64,000 nucleotides of DNA from a virus. This document shows, piece by piece, positions 51,850 through 61,963 of this stretch (positions are counted from its first letter, which is position 1; each line of letters starts with the position of its first letter). The stretch lies in the IMG/VR virus record IMGVR_UViG_3300045120_000498, positions 1 to 64,000 of that record; one strand, given 5' to 3'. The notes under the pieces are model-generated. The model did not search any database, was not told the DNA's origin, and saw nothing but the letters and a program-made list of their open reading frames with translations. The position numbers and the translations under genes are program-made.

Positions 51850-53162
51850 CTAGCTGATCCTCCACACGTGCACGACCGTCCCCGACCACGGATCGGTCGT
51901 CGTGCCAATGTACGCCGCCGTGGGATCGGCCGTGACGAACTCGTCCGGCAGAAGCTCGCCGGTCGTCACGATCCGCAGCAGCACCGCCACGTCCGGTCGG
52001 TCCACCGGCACCAGCGCCCACGCCATCAGCCGCATCTTCCCCTCGACCGGCTGGAAGCCCACGTCCAGGAACCGCGCCGGAGCAGGCGCAATCACCTTCG
52101 CGACCAGCGCCCCGCCGTCCGGCGTGTCGTTCGCGTAGTCCGCGTCCGGGCCGGTCAGTTCGTACTTCCAGATCGCCAGCGTCACGCGCTCACCCCGCAG
52201 CGCCGGGCGGCGCCTCGTCCAACTCGCCCATGATGTCGGACTCGTCCATCTCGCCCGACCCCAGATCGGACGGCGCAGGCTCGATCACCCGCGCGATCAG
52301 GCCCATGAACTCCATCCCGTGCGGCGCCGCCAGCGGATCGGTGACGGTGATGATCGTCTTGCCCTTGCCCGTCTCGATGATCTGCGGACCGGCCGCCGCG
52401 AAGCCGACCACGATCCGCTCGACCTGATTCGTGCCGTCGGAGTAGACCGCCGTCATCGCGATGCACGGCGCGAAGATGAACGTCATCGCTCCCTCCCCTG
52501 CTCGGTTGCACGAGCGACCATACCAGCGGCGTTCGCGCGCGGCGGATGCGAGTCAAGCAGCGGCCGCGGCAACGCCCCGACGATCATGCTCGTGCACACC
52601 CGGCCCGGCTTCGCGCCGCACACCGGGCACGTCACCGTCAGCGCCAACGCCCGCCGTGCTCGCGACGCGCCCACGCTCACTCGACCGCCAGGATCGCGCG
52701 CGCGGCCCGGCCACGCTCCGCGTCCGCCTCCAACTCGCGGCACTCATCCGCCAGCCGCAGCACCAGCGCCGCCAGGTCGTCCAGCCGGTCAGCCAGGGTG
52801 CTCGCAACACGATCCCCGTTCGACCGCACCTGCGGCCGCGCGACCTGCCCAGTGCGCGTCAACGAGTAGTACCGCTGCGCGATGGTCAGCGGCTTCACGC
52901 CGGTCGCAATCGCCACCCGGTTGATCGCCGCTTTCGGTCCCAGCCCATCGTTGATCAGGTCGGCCACCCGCTGCGCCGTCAGCAGCGTCGATTCGTTCGC
53001 GCTCACGACGACACGCTCCGCAGCGCCACCAGCGTGAACACGGTCGCCATCACGACCACGCTCGCCATCCACCCCGGCTTCACGCCCAGGCCGCGATAGA
53101 CCAGCCCGACGCCCGCGCCCAGCGCCAGCGCGACGGCCACCTCGACCACGCCCACCGCCACG

Positions 53163-53675
53163 TCACGCATCGACAACCGCCCCCGCTCCGCACGCGAACG
53201 CCGTCACCGCGACGACCTCCTTGTCGTCCCACTTGCGGCCCGCCAGCGTCAACGCCAACTCGCCCGCCAGCGCCAGCGCCGCGTTCTTCAGGCAGCCCTT
53301 CAACCGGCGGCCCGGCATCGTCCCCGGATTCGCCCACCAGTCGGCGAACTTCCGCCGCGTGTAGGTCGCCTTCGCCTGCGCGTTCACGAGCAGCTTGCGC
53401 GCGCCGCACTGGCACGCCTCGATGCGCGTCCCGCGCGCTCGCGCGATCCCGCTCGCGACCTGGTACTGCACCCGCCGCGCGTTCGCGGCCAGCAGCACGT
53501 CCACGTAGTTGCCGCCGCACACCGTCACGCGCGCCCGGTGCGTGAACGGATGCAGGAAGCAGAGTCGGTTCTGCTCGACCGACCGTTGCAGCGCCGTGCT
53601 CGCGTGCGCGGTGCCCGCCATCGGCACCGCCAGTGTTGCGAGAGCGAGCGTCATCGTCACCACTCGGCGTGTCAC
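53163..53675 (-). CDS. Secreted/membrane hypothetical protein
   Basis: MTRRVVTMTLALATLAVPMAGTAHA signal peptide; GTG start overlaps the stop of a 9-codon upstream ORF. Confidence 0.6.
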   Translation of the reverse strand: MTRRVVTMTLALATLAVPMAGTAHASTALQRSVEQNRLCFLHPFTHRARVTVCGGNYVDVLLAANARRVQYQVASGIARARGTRIEACQCGARKLLVNAQAKATYTRRKFADWWANPGTMPGRRLKGCLKNAALALAGELALTLAGRKWDDKEVVAVTAFACGAGAVVDA

Positions 53676-53710
53676 GATGCGCACCTCATCGTCCGGGTCA
53701 TGTAGACCAT

Positions 53711-53773
53711 CCTCTCCGCGGGAACCGCTCCCCGCCTTGCACACCCGCTCAGGCTAGCACACGTTGTGCGTAG
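53711..53773 (-). promoter_or_regulatory. Expression cassette variant
   Basis: Palindrome, TAGCCT, hairpin GCGGG...CCCGC, GGAGAGG. Confidence 0.7.
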
Positions 53774-53785
53774 CCGCTCGCCGGG

Positions 53786-56521
53786 TTAGTGCGACACCCG
53801 CGTCGGCCACGACCACGTGCCCAGCGGTGCCTCCGCAGCCTCCACGTGCGACGCCTCGACGCCCTCCTTCCAGAGCACGTCGTTGCCGTCCAGGAACACC
53901 TGAAGGTTCTCCGTCGGATCGGCCACCCGTACCACCATCGCAGCGAACACGTCGCCCGGCGCCACCCGCGCGCCCACGTGCAACTGCTCGCCGGTCGCCA
54001 GGTCCCCCCGGCCCATCGTCGCCCGCCGCCGGTTCACCGCCTGCGCGTCGCCGTCCGTCAGCTTGTAGTGCACGATCCGGCCCAGCGACGGACCCAGCGA
54101 CGGCGCCATCACTGCACCCCGAACAGCGCAGGCCCCAGGAACAGCAGCCAGTAGACCGCGAGCGCCAGCACGACCAGCCCGAAGAACGCCACCCGTTCGA
54201 TCACGCGGGCACCCACCGCCCGTCCGTGATGAAGCCGTGGTCGCCGCACGAGTTGCACAGCAGGCTCGGCGTGAAGGTCGGCGGGTCGAGCGACACCACG
54301 TCCCACGTCGCCGCGTACGGGTCGATCCTGCGTTGCGCGTCCGTCGGGAACGTGATCGCGCCGAAGCACTCCGCGCCGGTCGGCGTCAGGTGCCGCACCG
54401 TCGCGCCGTACCACGGCTCGTCCGCCACGTCCGCGTACTGCGGATTCAGCTTGCGGTCCGGCCGCCACGACGACCACCGCATCGCGTGATCATGGCCCAG
54501 GTCGAGCCACCCGCTGTCACCGCCGTCCGCCACCCTCCGATCATGTCATTTGCCGGTGCCCAACTGCAACCGTCCGCCGTCTCGCAACACAGGGATCAGC
54601 GTCTCCCCGACGGTCGTGCCGTCCGGCGCCTCGATGAAGCTCAGGAACACGTCCTCGAACCGCACCAGCCCGAACTCGGCCGCCTTCAGCGTCGCCTCCA
54701 GGTAGTGCGCGATCCCACGCCATGCCTGCCGGTCGCGCTGCTCGGGCGAGAACCGCCAGCCGGTGCCGCGCGACAGCCGCTCCGGCGCCAGCGGGTTCAC
54801 CCGAATCCGCACCACCATCTTCACCAGTTCGCCGTCCGACTCGCGCAGGATCGGCCACACGAACCGGCAGAACAGCGCCCGCGGCTCCTCCCACGTCTCG
54901 TCGAACGAGACGCCCAGCGCGCCCGCCTGCTGGAGCCGCTTCCGAATCTGGCCCTGCGACCGCTCGATGGACACCGCCGTGTCCTCGTAGGGCGACTGCA
55001 CCGGACTCATCCCGCCTCCCTCCGGCGGCGGCGCTCGTCGTACCAGCGGTGCCCCTTCAGCGTCGCGATCCACACGATGGCCTCCGACCCCGTGTCCGTC
55101 AGGCGCGTCCGCTCAGAGTTCATCACCAGGCCGTCCCTCACCAGGTCGTTCTTCCGCGTCCGGTGCGCGTTCGTCTTGATCCCCGGGATCAACTCCATCT
55201 CGTTCTGCGTGTAGCCCTGGTGGCCGCTCTCCACAATCGCCCGCAGCAGCAGCCCAGCCTGCGCCTCCCAGCCCGGCAGACGACGCGCCGCCGCGGCGCG
55301 CTCCGTCGGCTGCGGATTGCGACGCATCGTGCCGGTGCTGCCGGGCCGCAACTGCGCCGCCTCGGCGTCCAGGCCGTCCGCGATCCGCACCATCATCTCC
55401 GCGATGTCGGGGTGGAAGATGCACCGCAGCGCACCCTCGCGTAGCTCATCGGCATAGCTCATCGGGCCGCCGCCCTCCTCTCGGTCAAAGCTCGTAGAAC
55501 ACGATCATCACGGCCCAGACGATTGTGGCTACCGCGCAGGCGAACACGAACGCCTCGGCCGGGTCAAGGCCCGTGTCCAGCCACTTCCGCCAGTAGTCGC
55601 GAAGCGTCACGTCTCCAGCCCCGGCTCGATCCGGTCCAGCACCTCCACCAGCCGGAACCGGCGAAGCTCGATGTGGTTCGGCGCCATCGCCGCCATCTGC
55701 TGCGCCGCCTCCCGGTACTGCTCCACCCGCCGCCGGTCGGCACCGATCAGCGGCATCGGCCCGAGCGCCGTCATCGTCGCCAGGATGCCCTCGTTGTCGT
55801 CGTTCGGGTCAAGCATCACCCACGCGAACACCTCCGTGATTCGGTCGCCGCGGCGCGTGCCGCCGTCCCCGTCGCCGTAGCTACGGACGTTCATGCCTGC
55901 CTCGCAGGGGTGTTGATCTGGAACAGGCCGCGATCCTGCGACGGCTCGCGCACCGCGAACACCCGCACGTGGTTCATGAACATCTGCCGCACCGGGAACC
56001 CGGCCGACACCTCGTCCGTGTAGACCTGGAGCCGCGTCACCGTCCAGCGCCCGCCGTGCCGGTCGGTCACCGTGTCGCCCGGCTCCACGTGCACGATCCG
56101 GCCGTAGCCGCCGGACGGGATCGACCGGTCGCACCACGGCGCCTCGAACGGCAGCCCGTCGTAGATCAGGAACTCGCCCGGCTCGCGGTGCGTCCACGTC
56201 TCCGACAGGCCACCCATCCGCTGGCGTGCTCGCGCCGCCGCGCGGAGCCGCCACCTGCCCCACCAGGACAGCCAGTCCGGATGGATCGGGTCACCCCGCG
56301 GCACGATCCGCCCCCTCATCGAAGAAGTCCAGGCCCCGGCCCATCGTGCCGCGCAGGTCGATCCACCCGACGTACGTCTCGCCGTCTCGCAACACGACCA
56401 GGTTCCCGAGTTCGTTGCCCATCACCACGTCGCCCGGCCGCAGCCGCTCATCGGCCAGCACCTCGACCAACTCCCCGATGGTGAGCGGCTGGAACGGCAC
56501 GCTGGCAGGCCAGTCGGTCAC
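53786..56521 (-). other. Hypothetical CDSs: 53786-54112, 54201-54533 (DUF6527-like PSLLC..CGDHGFITDGRW), 54546-55010, 55007-55462 (HTH-like), 55607-55894 approx., 55891-56319, 56291-56521
   Basis: Packed ORFs with plausible composition; family hints from motifs only. Confidence 0.55.
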
Positions 56522-57192
56522 GTGCTCGACGACGGCTTCGTCGTGACCGTCTCCGCCTCGTCCTCGTCCGGCACCGCCTCCGGCTTCACGAAGGCGTCGT
56601 CCTGCGCCTTGCCGCTACGCAGGTAGCTCCGCGTGTCGATCACGCCGCGGTCACCCATGTAGCCCATCCCCTGCGCCGACACGTTCCCAGCCCCGGCGCC
56701 CTTTGTCATGTTCCGGCTCGACACCGACTCCAACTCGGCCGCCAGGAACACGAACGTCCACCGGCCCGTCTTCGTCCGCTTCCGCATCACCTTCTGGAGC
56801 CGCGCCCAGCCGTCCTTGTCCGCGTCGAACTCGGTGCTCGCGTTCTCCTGCCCGTCGGTGATCACGACCACCAGCGTGCGGCTGTCGTCAGCGTCCGTCT
56901 TGTCCAGCTTCCGGATCATCTGCGCCGTCGCGTCGTACAGCGCCGTCGAACCGCGCGGCTGCACCTCCAGGCCCGACCAGTCGTCGAGCGGCTTGCGCTT
57001 CTCGTGCTCGAACTGCTCGTCGAAGTAGACGACGCGCATGTCCGTGCGCTCCGACCCGGGCGCGCCCTGCACGCCCTCCAGCCACTTCGCCAGGTCCTTC
57101 GTCGCGTGCGGATTCGTCCACCGCATCGACCCGGAACGGTCGATCACCAGCCCGATGTGCGTCTCGCCCTCGAAGCCTTCGTCCGTGCTCAT
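56518..57192 (-). CDS. Stand-alone von Willebrand factor A domain protein
   Basis: MIDAS DRSGSM, STALYDA, VVITDGQENAS, WTFVFLAA. Confidence 0.9.
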   Translation of the reverse strand: MSTDEGFEGETHIGLVIDRSGSMRWTNPHATKDLAKWLEGVQGAPGSERTDMRVVYFDEQFEHEKRKPLDDWSGLEVQPRGSTALYDATAQMIRKLDKTDADDSRTLVVVITDGQENASTEFDADKDGWARLQKVMRKRTKTGRWTFVFLAAELESVSSRNMTKGAGAGNVSAQGMGYMGDRGVIDTRSYLRSGKAQDDAFVKPEAVPDEDEAETVTTKPSSST

Positions 57193-57204
57193 GTCGTGCT
57201 CCCT

Positions 57205-58299
57205 TCAGCCCTTCCCGGGCATCCCAACGAACCCCAGGTCCTTGCCGTTCGCGCGGAAGATCGCGCGCAGGTGCATGATCAGGTCAGCCATCGCCGTCGC
57301 GTCGTCCGCGTAGCCGTGCATCACCAGCCCGCCCCGCTTCTCGTCTTGCAGGAACACGATGCACTGCACGTCCTCGCCGTTCTCCGGCTGCGCGACCAGC
57401 GCCTCGATCATCGCGTCGCACAGCCGCGTCAGCCGATCCACCGGCTCGGATGTCCGGGTCGGTCGTTCCTCAGCCATCAGATTTCTCCCATCTCCCGGCC
57501 ATGCTCCCGGATCAGCCCCGCCAGCGGGTGCCCCTCGGCCAGCAGCGCCTCGACCAGCGCGTCATACCGCGCGACCGCCTCCGGCGACTTCCGCACGTCC
57601 CGCATCTCGCCGGTCGTCGCGACCTCCTCGGACTTCAGGCGCCGCTGCACATGCACCGCCGTGCCGCTGCCCGGCAGCACCCACTCGCCTGCCCGGTGAT
57701 CGCCCACGCCACGCAGCATGTGCCGCGCCATCGCCTCGCTCGACACGCTCGACTTGCCGATGGCGCTCGCGTGCCAAACTGGCCCGCCCAGGTCGCGCTC
57801 GATTCACTCATAGCCCGCGTTCACCGTCAGCACGTGCGTCCCCGAACCGCTCACCCACCCGAACCGCGGATGGATCGTCTCGGCCGCCAGCAGGCAGAAG
57901 TTCCCGAGCGCCCTGATCTGCTCCGGCGTCATCGCCGCACCGTCGTTTCAGTTCCGTTCGAGCCGTCATTTCGGTTCCGCACGTCGCGGCCGCACCCGAA
58001 CCCGACCACGAACGCGGACGACGCGCTCACCCTCGGAACTCCAGGGCGCGGTAGGCGTGATCGAGCACGACCACCTTCTGCCAGCGCGGCTGTGCCCCCT
58101 CAACCTGCTTGATCAGCGCGCGGAGCGCCGCCTCCAGCACGGCCTCGCGGGCGGTAGGCGACTGGCCCGGGACGAGCAGCGGCACTTCGATCATCTCGAC
58201 GGGGCACCATCCTTCGTCGTCCTCGTGGTCGCCCGTCAGGTCGTAGCCCGAGACGTGACGGCAGTAGGGGCACCACCAGGCGGTAGGCGACTCAGCCAT
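57205..58299 (-). other. Hypothetical CDSs 57205-57477, 57477-57746, 58027-58299
   Basis: Minus-strand ORFs; the last has a PTAWWCPYC motif. Confidence 0.5.
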
Positions 58300-58838
58300 C
58301 ACGCCGTCGCCCGCCACTCGCTCGCCCACAGGAAGTCGATTGAGCAGATCATCGCGCACTCCGCGTCCTCCACCCGGTCGCCGACCATCAGCGCCAGGTG
58401 CGGCGGATAGAACTCGCGGTGGATCGGCGCCATGATCAGCCCCGCCTCGATCAGCAGGCCCGGCGCAGGCTTCCGGCACCAGCATCGCGCGTACTCGGGA
58501 TCAGCCGCGTCCGGGTGATGCGCGCAGACCATCATCCGGTCGAACAGGCGCTCGGCCTGCCGCTGCGTCTCCACCATCGCCAGCATCACGTCCGCCAGCG
58601 TCACCAGGCCGAGCGCGACGCCGCCCTGATTCGACACGCCCACGATCCGACCGCCGCGATCCTTCCACCGGCGCATCAGCACCACGGCCTCCGGGAACAC
58701 GCGCACGTCCTCGGGGCCGTTCACGAACCGGCCCAGCGGGTCGTCCTTGCCCTCCCGCACCGTGCCGTCGATGTCGAGGTACAGCACCGGCGTCGCCTTC
58801 CCGTGCGGGGAATCCGCATGAGCTTGGATCGTGCTCAC
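58299..58838 (-). CDS. HAD-IIIA phosphatase (GmhB/HisB-like)
   Basis: YLDIDGTV, VSNQGG, CWCRKPAPGL, MVGDRVED. Confidence 0.85.
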   Translation of the reverse strand: MSTIQAHADSPHGKATPVLYLDIDGTVREGKDDPLGRFVNGPEDVRVFPEAVVLMRRWKDRGGRIVGVSNQGGVALGLVTLADVMLAMVETQRQAERLFDRMMVCAHHPDAADPEYARCWCRKPAPGLLIEAGLIMAPIHREFYPPHLALMVGDRVEDAECAMICSIDFLWASEWRATA

Positions 58839-59074
58839 TCAGCCACCACGCAGCCGCTCTGCGTCCGACGGCGACAGCAGCCCCTCGCGATCCGCTCGCA
58901 ACACCGCCAGCGCCGACCACAGGCACGCCGCATCCTCCACCGCGGACATCGCCATCACCTGCGCTCGACCCTCCTGCGTCTCCGCCGCGTTCGCCATCGT
59001 CGAGTACGTGTTCCACGACGACCGCTCACCGCGAAACCACGCCCGCGCCTCGTCCACCCGCACCTGGATGTCGG

Positions 59075-59272
59075 TCACGTGAACACCCCGTCGTTCGCCT
59101 GCCCGACGAACCGCCGGACTTCCTCCAGCACCCACTCGCCGCGCCCAGCCGCGATCAGGTCGTTCGGCGACTCGCCTCCGAAGCGGCGGTTCTTGCCGCG
59201 CATGAACTGCTCCACGCCCTCGGCCGTGTAGACCTCCGACAGCATCAGCCGAACCTGCTCCGTCTCGGTCAT
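59075..59272 (-). CDS. MbcA/ParS/Xre antitoxin C-terminal-like domain protein
   Basis: VYTAEGVEQFMRGKNRRFGGESPNDLIAAGRGEWVLEEV pattern; ATGA-coupled to the RHH gene. Confidence 0.65.
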   Translation of the reverse strand: MTETEQVRLMLSEVYTAEGVEQFMRGKNRRFGGESPNDLIAAGRGEWVLEEVRRFVGQANDGVFT

Positions 59273-59544
59273 CCCGTCCACCCGCAGTACCCGCATCTCT
59301 GGCCCTTCCGGTGCCGCTGCTGATTCCGGCACTGCATCGTCCCGGCCGTGTTGCGAGACGGCACCACGCTCACCGCCGCGCCGCTCGTGCTCGTCACCTG
59401 GTAGCCCGGCCCGGCCAGCACGTTCTCGACGCACCCGCGGATGAACTCCGACATGCCAACGCCGCGCTGCTCCGCAGCCTCCCGCCACCGGTCGCGATCC
59501 GCTTCCGCCAGCCGTAGCCGCACCGTCGTGTCACTTGTAGCCAC
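59269..59544 (-). CDS. Ribbon-helix-helix DNA-binding protein
   Basis: TTVRLRLAEADRDRWREAAEQRGVGMSEFIRGCV: beta-helix-helix RHH pattern. Confidence 0.75.
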   Translation of the reverse strand: MATSDTTVRLRLAEADRDRWREAAEQRGVGMSEFIRGCVENVLAGPGYQVTSTSGAAVSVVPSRNTAGTMQCRNQQRHRKGQRCGYCGWTG

Positions 59545-59576
59545 AACGGCGATCCTAGCACCAGTTGTAGCTACAC
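59535..59576 (-). promoter_or_regulatory. Paired palindromic operators flanking a -10 (TAGGAT) of the RHH gene
   Basis: TTGTAGCCACAA (59535-59546) and TTGTAGCTACAC (59565-59576), 30 bp apart. Confidence 0.6.
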
Positions 59577-59669
59577 GTCACGAGCGGGGCCATCGCCACA
59601 GCAGCAGCGCAGCGATCACGAGGAACCCGACGATCAGTTCCACGGCAAGCACGATGTCCGCGACATCCA

Positions 59670-60303
59670 CTAGCGGCCGCGCTGGCGCTGCAACGCCGCG
59701 ATCCGGCGCTGCTCGAACTCGTCCAACTCCCTCGGCAGCACGTCCGACCCGGCCGGGTTCACCGCGATCCCCAACGCCTCCAGGATCGGCAGCGCGTCCG
59801 CCGGGTCAGCCATCCCCTCCCAGTACGCCGCGTACACCGCGTACGCGACCGACAGCCACGTCTCCCGCGACGCCGCGACGGTGATCTGCTCGCCGCTCAT
59901 CGGCCGTTCACCAGCCGACTCAGCGTCTCCACCAGCAGGTCGCGCTCCGTGCACACGTGCCCGATGCCCCGCACCAGCGTGCGCGTCGGCAGCGCAGGCA
60001 CCATCGGCGGGATCGTCGGCGCCTGCCACTCGACCGGCACGTCCACGGCCGCGCCGCAGTCGGGGCACTCGACCGTCATGTCCAGTCTTCCAGGTGCCAG
60101 TCGTCCGGCGGCTCGGGCACCACGACTCGCAACACGCAGTCGTCGCGCAGCCGCAGTTCCATCTGGCCCAGCACCACCTCGTCGTTCTCGGTGACCGGCA
60201 GCAGCATCACGCCGTGCCGCATCGCCAGGCCCATGACCACGCCGCAGTAGAGCGCGTGCCGGGTGCGCCGCTCGGCCTGCTCGGCGGTCAGCAGGTCGGT
60301 CAT
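59670..60303 (-). other. Small hypothetical CDSs 59670-59900, 59897-60079 approx., 60076-60303
   Basis: Overlapping start/stop codons. Confidence 0.5.
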
Positions 60304-60650
60304 GCCTCCACCAGCAGCCGCGCAAGTTCATCGTGGATGCCGCATAGGCCGCTCCGCCGCCCCGCGCGCCGACGACACCCATCCTCCCGGCATGTCCGAA
60401 CCCGACTCTCCCCGAGCGGGTCGCCCGCCTCGCGCCACCGCTCGTAGTGCCAGCGGCACCAGCCGCGGCTGTGTGCGGGGCGGTCGCATCCCTCGATGGA
60501 GCAGTAGCCCGCTGGCAACGCTCGCCTCGCGATAGACCGCGCCGCGAGGGGATCGCCGTGGCGCCGCCAGCGTGCGTAATGCGATGAGCACCAGGTGCGG
60601 GCGATCTGCGGATAGTCGCAGCCCGCCACGCTGCACGGCTCGCCGGTCAT
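60300..60650 (-). CDS. Tandem zinc-ribbon repeat protein (C..GC...RGWC..HY.RW...GDP)
   Basis: Two full copies and one degenerate copy of a motif often found N-terminal to actinophage HNH nucleases; no HNH domain here. Confidence 0.6.
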   Translation of the reverse strand: MTGEPCSVAGCDYPQIARTWCSSHYARWRRHGDPLAARSIARRALPAGYCSIEGCDRPAHSRGWCRWHYERWREAGDPLGESRVRTCREDGCRRRAGRRSGLCGIHDELARLLVEA

Positions 60651-61207
60651 GCCTCGACCAGCGCGTCAAGCTCATCCAGGAACGCGGCCTGCATCTCGTC
60701 CGGCACGAACCGCAGCGCCACCTTCACCATCTCGTCCGCGACGCGCGCGATGTCGCGCGGGTCCAGGCCGCGGCCCTGCTGGAGCGCGCGCGAGCGGTGC
60801 TCGGCGTCCATCCCGAACTGCACCATCCGCAGCACCGTCGCCGGTGGCATGTCCGCGATCCGCTTCAGCGCCTCGTCGTCGTCGTCGGGCAGCAGGTGCT
60901 TCACGCCCAGTTGCCACGCGCGGCGGCCGACTCCGGCGTGCTCGTCCAGCATCTTGCGGCGCATCTCGCCGCGTTCGATCTGATCGCGGGCCTGGTCGGC
61001 GGCGTCGGCTTCGGCGTCCCACGCGCGGACCCGGACGCGCCAGTCGTAGGTCCGGCTGAAGCGGGCCATGATCGTCTTCGACTTGCCGAACATCGCGGCG
61101 ACCTGCGCGTGCGACCGGTTCATCGGCCCCATGTCGCGGTATGCCTTGAACGCTGCCCAGGCTTGGTCTGACTCGTTGTCGCGGCGGTCCCAAGCCTTGG
61201 TCGGCAT
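60647..61207 (-). CDS. Probable terminase small subunit (HTH)
   Basis: [22 protein letters not shown]...RSHAQVA...W..RVRAWD pattern followed by a helical region; leaderless TACGAT + 6 nt + ATG. Confidence 0.55.
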   Translation of the reverse strand: MPTKAWDRRDNESDQAWAAFKAYRDMGPMNRSHAQVAAMFGKSKTIMARFSRTYDWRVRVRAWDAEADAADQARDQIERGEMRRKMLDEHAGVGRRAWQLGVKHLLPDDDDEALKRIADMPPATVLRMVQFGMDAEHRSRALQQGRGLDPRDIARVADEMVKVALRFVPDEMQAAFLDELDALVEA

Positions 61208-61963
61208 GGCACTATCGTACAACCGGTGCGTAACGGTCAGTCACACGCGGGTCAGGGCTAGCTGCGCGAACGGTACGCGGCGTCCGAACTCGAAGATCGG
61301 TCGCACGAGCAGCACCGTCTCGGCGGCGAAGTCAATCTCGCCGATCCGCCATACGCGGCAGTCCCAGTAGACCGGCGTCTCGGCTTCCGCTGCTTCCCGT
61401 ACCTCGTCCGCGGTCATCGCGGCGGCTTGCAGTCGGCGTGGGTGTAGTAGCTGCCCCACATGGTGGCGACGGGAGCCTTCCAGCGCGTGCCGTCCCACTC
61501 GGCTTCGCCCTTCAGGTAGCCGCCGTAGATGCCGACCGGCTGGCCGCAGCGGACGCAGACGCAGTTCACGACCGGCGGGCGGCGCTTATCCTCGGGCATC
61601 ACAGGCCGCCGAGTAGCCCGGCGACGGCCAGCTTCGACAGATACGCCGCCAGGATCACGGCCACGGCGACTATCGGCGTCCACGGCGGACGCACCCCCGC
61701 CCAGCGCAATGCCAGGGCCATCGGAACCCCGAGCGCCACGCCCAGCAGCAGCGCACTGAACAGGTCAGAGTCGGGCATCGTCCGCGTCCTTGTGCAGCAG
61801 CGTGACCCGGAACGTCGCGCCCTCGCGCGGGTCGGGTGCGTGCGCGTTGAGCGCGTCGCCGACCGTCTCGGCCACGATCACGCGGTTCGTCAGCACGCGG
61901 TCGTCCTCGTCGGGGAAGCGGCTGTCTAGCGTCTCGACCCGTACGACCATCATCGGGGACCTG

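Larger units (their letters stand above)
48785..53006 (-). other. Hypothetical CDSs: 48785-49477 (wHTH-like N-term), 49536-50186, 50344-50547 (2 TM), 50537-50983, 51080-51400, 51397-51801, 51850-52185, 52190-52486, 52483-52680 (zinc finger), 52677-53006 (HTH-like)
   Basis: Contiguous minus-strand ORFs; 50537-50983 carries the common phage KP..EAVQ...G..YPC...F...Y pattern. Confidence 0.55.
1381..60135. repeat. Dispersed (C)TCGCAACAC motif, 29 copies found
   Basis: Plus orientation at 1381, 9852, 14080, 16273, 18889, 20327, 22859, 24283, 31929, 32339, 37644, 38589, 39510, 42932, 43091, 46903, 52802, 54582, 56387, 58896, 60127; reverse at 9354, 23522, 27583, 30387, 37921, 50997, 53633, 59348. 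Confidence 0.85.

Noticed and set aside
56518-57192. vWA protein as the Ro60/Rsr partner of the tRNA-like RNA
   Set aside because: Only 224 aa with no TROVE domain; stand-alone vWA proteins are common in phages.
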